Origin: Aquifex aeolicus VF5
Lineage (GTDB): Bacteria > Aquificota > Aquificia > Aquificales > Aquificaceae
Assembly: GCF_000008625.1 (NCBI RefSeq)
Contig: NC_000918.1
Coordinates: forward strand, 690,001-722,000
Reading direction: 5' to 3'
DNA: 32,000 nucleotides
Below the pieces are notes generated by a model. That model worked only from the letters and a program-made list of their open reading frames with translations, was not told the origin of the DNA and did no database searches. The translations under genes and the position numbers were made by a program. Of the stretch, positions 29,759 through 32,000 are shown in pieces (position 1 is the stretch's first letter; every line of letters begins with the position of its first letter).

Positions 29759-30652
29759 ATGAAGGATATTGATTTGAAATTGATTGAAATATTCTGTTAT
29801 GTTTATGAATATAAAAGTGTTACAAAAGCCTCAAGTGAACTTAATATGTCTCAATCTACTATTTCATTTCATATGAAAAATTTAGAAACTCAATTAGGCC
29901 AAAAGTTATTTTATCGTAAGGGAAAAACGCTGATTCCAACTGCGTTTGCGGATAAGTTATACGAGTATGCCACAGAGCTAACAAATTTCAAGAGACGTAT
30001 GCTTGAAGATATAACAAAGTTTTCTGGAAAAAACGGGGGTGTAATCAGAATAGGTGCCAGTAGTATTCCAGGAAACTACCTTCTTCCACAATTACTTGGG
30101 GAATTTATTGAAAATTTTAAAGGTTATGTAAACGTGGAGCTTAGAGTAAGTGATAGCCAGGATATATATGAAAAAGTAATAAATGGAGACGTAGATTTAG
30201 GAATTATAGGTTATCTGCCGAGAACAAATAAAGTGGATGCTATTAAATTTTATACCGATAGAATACTAATTGTAGGCAATCCAGAACTTGAAGATAAGGT
30301 ATATACCTTAGAAGAGCTGATAAACTTACCTTTAGTTATAAGAGAAGTTGGTTCAGGAACGAGAAGTATTGTTGAAGACAAATTAAGAGAAAAAGGTTTA
30401 TCCTTAAAAGAAATGAATATAGTAGCTGTATGTAACAGTAATGAAGCCGTTAAAAATACGCTTAAATACGTTAAGGGATTTTCCTTCCTTTCTAGCTATG
30501 TTGTAAAAGATGATAAGTTTTTGATTAAATTAAAAGTAAAAAATTTTGACGATATAACCAGACAGTTTTACTTAATTCGAGACAAAAAACGTCCCTTACC
30601 ATTTCTTACACAGGAGCTTATTAAGTTCTTAATAAAAGACATTTATGTTTAA
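29759..30652 (+). CDS. LysR-family transcriptional regulator
   Basis: N-terminal wHTH LKLIEIFCYVYEYKSVTKASSELNMSQSTISFHMKNLETQLGQKLF and a periplasmic-binding-protein-like effector domain. The track start at 29732 lies inside the inverted repeat, so ATG 29759 (MKDIDLKL) is more plausible. Confidence 0.85.
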   Translation: MKDIDLKLIEIFCYVYEYKSVTKASSELNMSQSTISFHMKNLETQLGQKLFYRKGKTLIPTAFADKLYEYATELTNFKRRMLEDITKFSGKNGGVIRIGASSIPGNYLLPQLLGEFIENFKGYVNVELRVSDSQDIYEKVINGDVDLGIIGYLPRTNKVDAIKFYTDRILIVGNPELEDKVYTLEELINLPLVIREVGSGTRSIVEDKLREKGLSLKEMNIVAVCNSNEAVKNTLKYVKGFSFLSSYVVKDDKFLIKLKVKNFDDITRQFYLIRDKKRPLPFLTQELIKFLIKDIYV

Positions 30653-30873
30653 TTTTTCGAACATTTTCATTGAATAATTAAATAAATAAGTTATGTGATA
30701 TTTGAATATAAGGAATTTATTAACATGCAATATGCATTGATACACAATAAAAAAATGTTCATATGCCTATTTTTAAAATATTGTTTTGAAAATTTTGTCT
30801 TTTTTTTAAATTTTTTCATGATTTGAAAGGGGAATAAACTAAAAACTAAGAATGCTTAAAGGAGGTGAATTAC

Positions 30874-32000
30874 ATGGATATTTCAAGGAGGGGTTTTTTA
30901 AAACTATCAGTAGGTAGTGTTGGAGCTGGGATATTAGGTGGTCTCGGTTTTGATCTTACACCTGCTTATGCACGTGTAAGAGATTTAAAAATAACAAAGG
31001 CAAAAGTAACAAAAAGTATATGTCCTTACTGCTCCGTATCCTGTGGAATACTAGCCTACTCCCTTTCCGACGGAGCGATGAATGTTAAAGAAAGAATAAT
31101 ACACGTAGAGGGTAACCCGGATGACCCGATAAATAGAGGAACTTTATGTCCTAAAGGGGCAACCTTAAGAGATTTCGTAAACGCTCCTGATAGGCTTACC
31201 AAGCCCTTGTACAGACCTGCAGGATCTACAGAATGGAAAGAAATAAGCTGGGACGAGGCTATAGAGAAGTTCGCAAGATGGGTAAAGGATACGAGGGATA
31301 GGACCTTTATACACAAGGACAAGGCTGGAAGGGTGGTGAACAGATGTGACTCCATAGTTTGGGCTGTGGGCTCACCCCTTGGGAACGAAGAGGGGTGGCT
31401 CATGGTAAAGATCGGTATAGCCTTAGGTCTCTCGGCACGAGAAACGCAGGCGACTATATGACACGCACCTACGGTGGCCAGTTTGGCCCCAACCTTTGGA
31501 AGAGGAGCAATGACTAACAACTGGGTGGACATCTCCAACTCTGACCTCGTATTCGTAATGGGAGGAAACCCGGCGGAGAACCACCCCTGTGGTTTTAAGT
31601 GGGCCATAAAAGCTCGTGAGAAGAGGGGTGCAAAGATAATATGCATAGACCCAAGGTTTAACAGAACCGCCGCTGTGGCAGATATCTTCGTTCAGATAAG
31701 ACCGGGAACAGATATAGCTTTCCTCGGAGGTCTGATTAACTATGTCCTTCAGAACGAGAAGTATCAGAAGGAGTATGTGAGACTGCACACAACAGGACCC
31801 TTCATAGTGAGGGAGGACTTCGGCTTCAAGGACGGACTCTTTACGGGATACGATCCTAAGACGAGGAGCTACGACACGACCACCTGGGACTACGAGTTCG
31901 ATCCTGCTACGGGATATCCCAAGATGGATCCCGAGATGAAGCATCCCAGATGTGTTCTCAACATCCTGAAGGAGCACTACTCGAGGTATACCCCGGAGGT
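30874..32000 (+). CDS. fdoG: Formate dehydrogenase alpha subunit (FdnG/FdoG-type), Tat-exported selenoprotein, UGA-Sec at 31459-31461 (3' end off window)
   Basis: SD GGAGGTG at 30861-30867, then ATG 30874. Twin-arginine signal MDISRRGFLKLSV...AYA and the 4Fe-4S motif CPYCSVSCG...CPKG. The frame stays open after TGA 31459: ...ETQATI-U-HAPTVASLAPTFGRGAMTNNWVDISNSDLVFVMGGNPAENHP..., matching the FdnG selenocysteine site (..U-HGPTVA.LAPTFGRGAMTN.W.D). Confidence 0.93.
31473..31490 (+). promoter_or_regulatory. SECIS hairpin for the formate dehydrogenase UGA
   Basis: GG-U-GGCC AGUUU GGCC-CC. Numbering the U of UGA as 1, the pairs are G15-C32, G16-C31, G18-C30, G19-C29, C20-G28 and C21-G27. U17 is bulged and the loop A22-U26 contains G23 and U24. 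Confidence 0.8.

Noticed and set aside
31459-31461. TGA taken as a genuine stop, giving a 198-aa Fe-S protein
   Set aside because: The downstream frame is open to the window end and continues the conserved FdnG sequence. The TGA aligns with the known Sec position, and a correctly spaced SECIS hairpin follows.
31056-31977. Long minus-strand ORFs (196 aa and 184 aa) opposite the formate dehydrogenase gene
   Set aside because: The plus-strand frame matches FdnG-type sequence continuously through the UGA. The antisense ORFs have no family resemblance.

Overview
Compact bacterial chromosome segment with many 4-nt gene overlaps. Gene content and the 375-aa HDAC-like protein suggest Aquifex aeolicus or a close Aquificae relative; this is inference from memory, not a search. 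Housekeeping genes dominate: a partial FadD-carrier-PlsC fusion, motA plus two tandem motB, cutA, sbcC, dnaE, an SDR, an MscS channel, a U32 peptidase, hypE/hypA, an HDAC-like gene, a tandem USP and gyrB. Several features do not appear correctly in the ORF track. (1) A 3-repeat orphan mini-CRISPR array at 2063-2224. (2) An AT-rich HigB-like toxin / HigA-like antitoxin / SecB-like chaperone cassette at 15.2-16.46 kb. It resembles a tripartite toxin-antitoxin-chaperone (TAC) module, its chaperone gene is split by a 1-nt frameshift, and it abuts hypE through an ATGA overlap. (3) A low-GC selenocysteine block, selD-selA divergent from selB. selD has an in-frame UGA (Sec) plus SECIS hairpin, so the track truncates it. 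(4) Next to it, a decayed transglutaminase-like pseudogene, an IS1-family transposase remnant and an AT-rich LysR gene. (5) A Tat-signal formate dehydrogenase alpha subunit whose apparent stop at 31459 is a Sec UGA, followed by a SECIS hairpin with E. coli fdhF-like geometry. No tRNA, rRNA or cas genes were found in the window.
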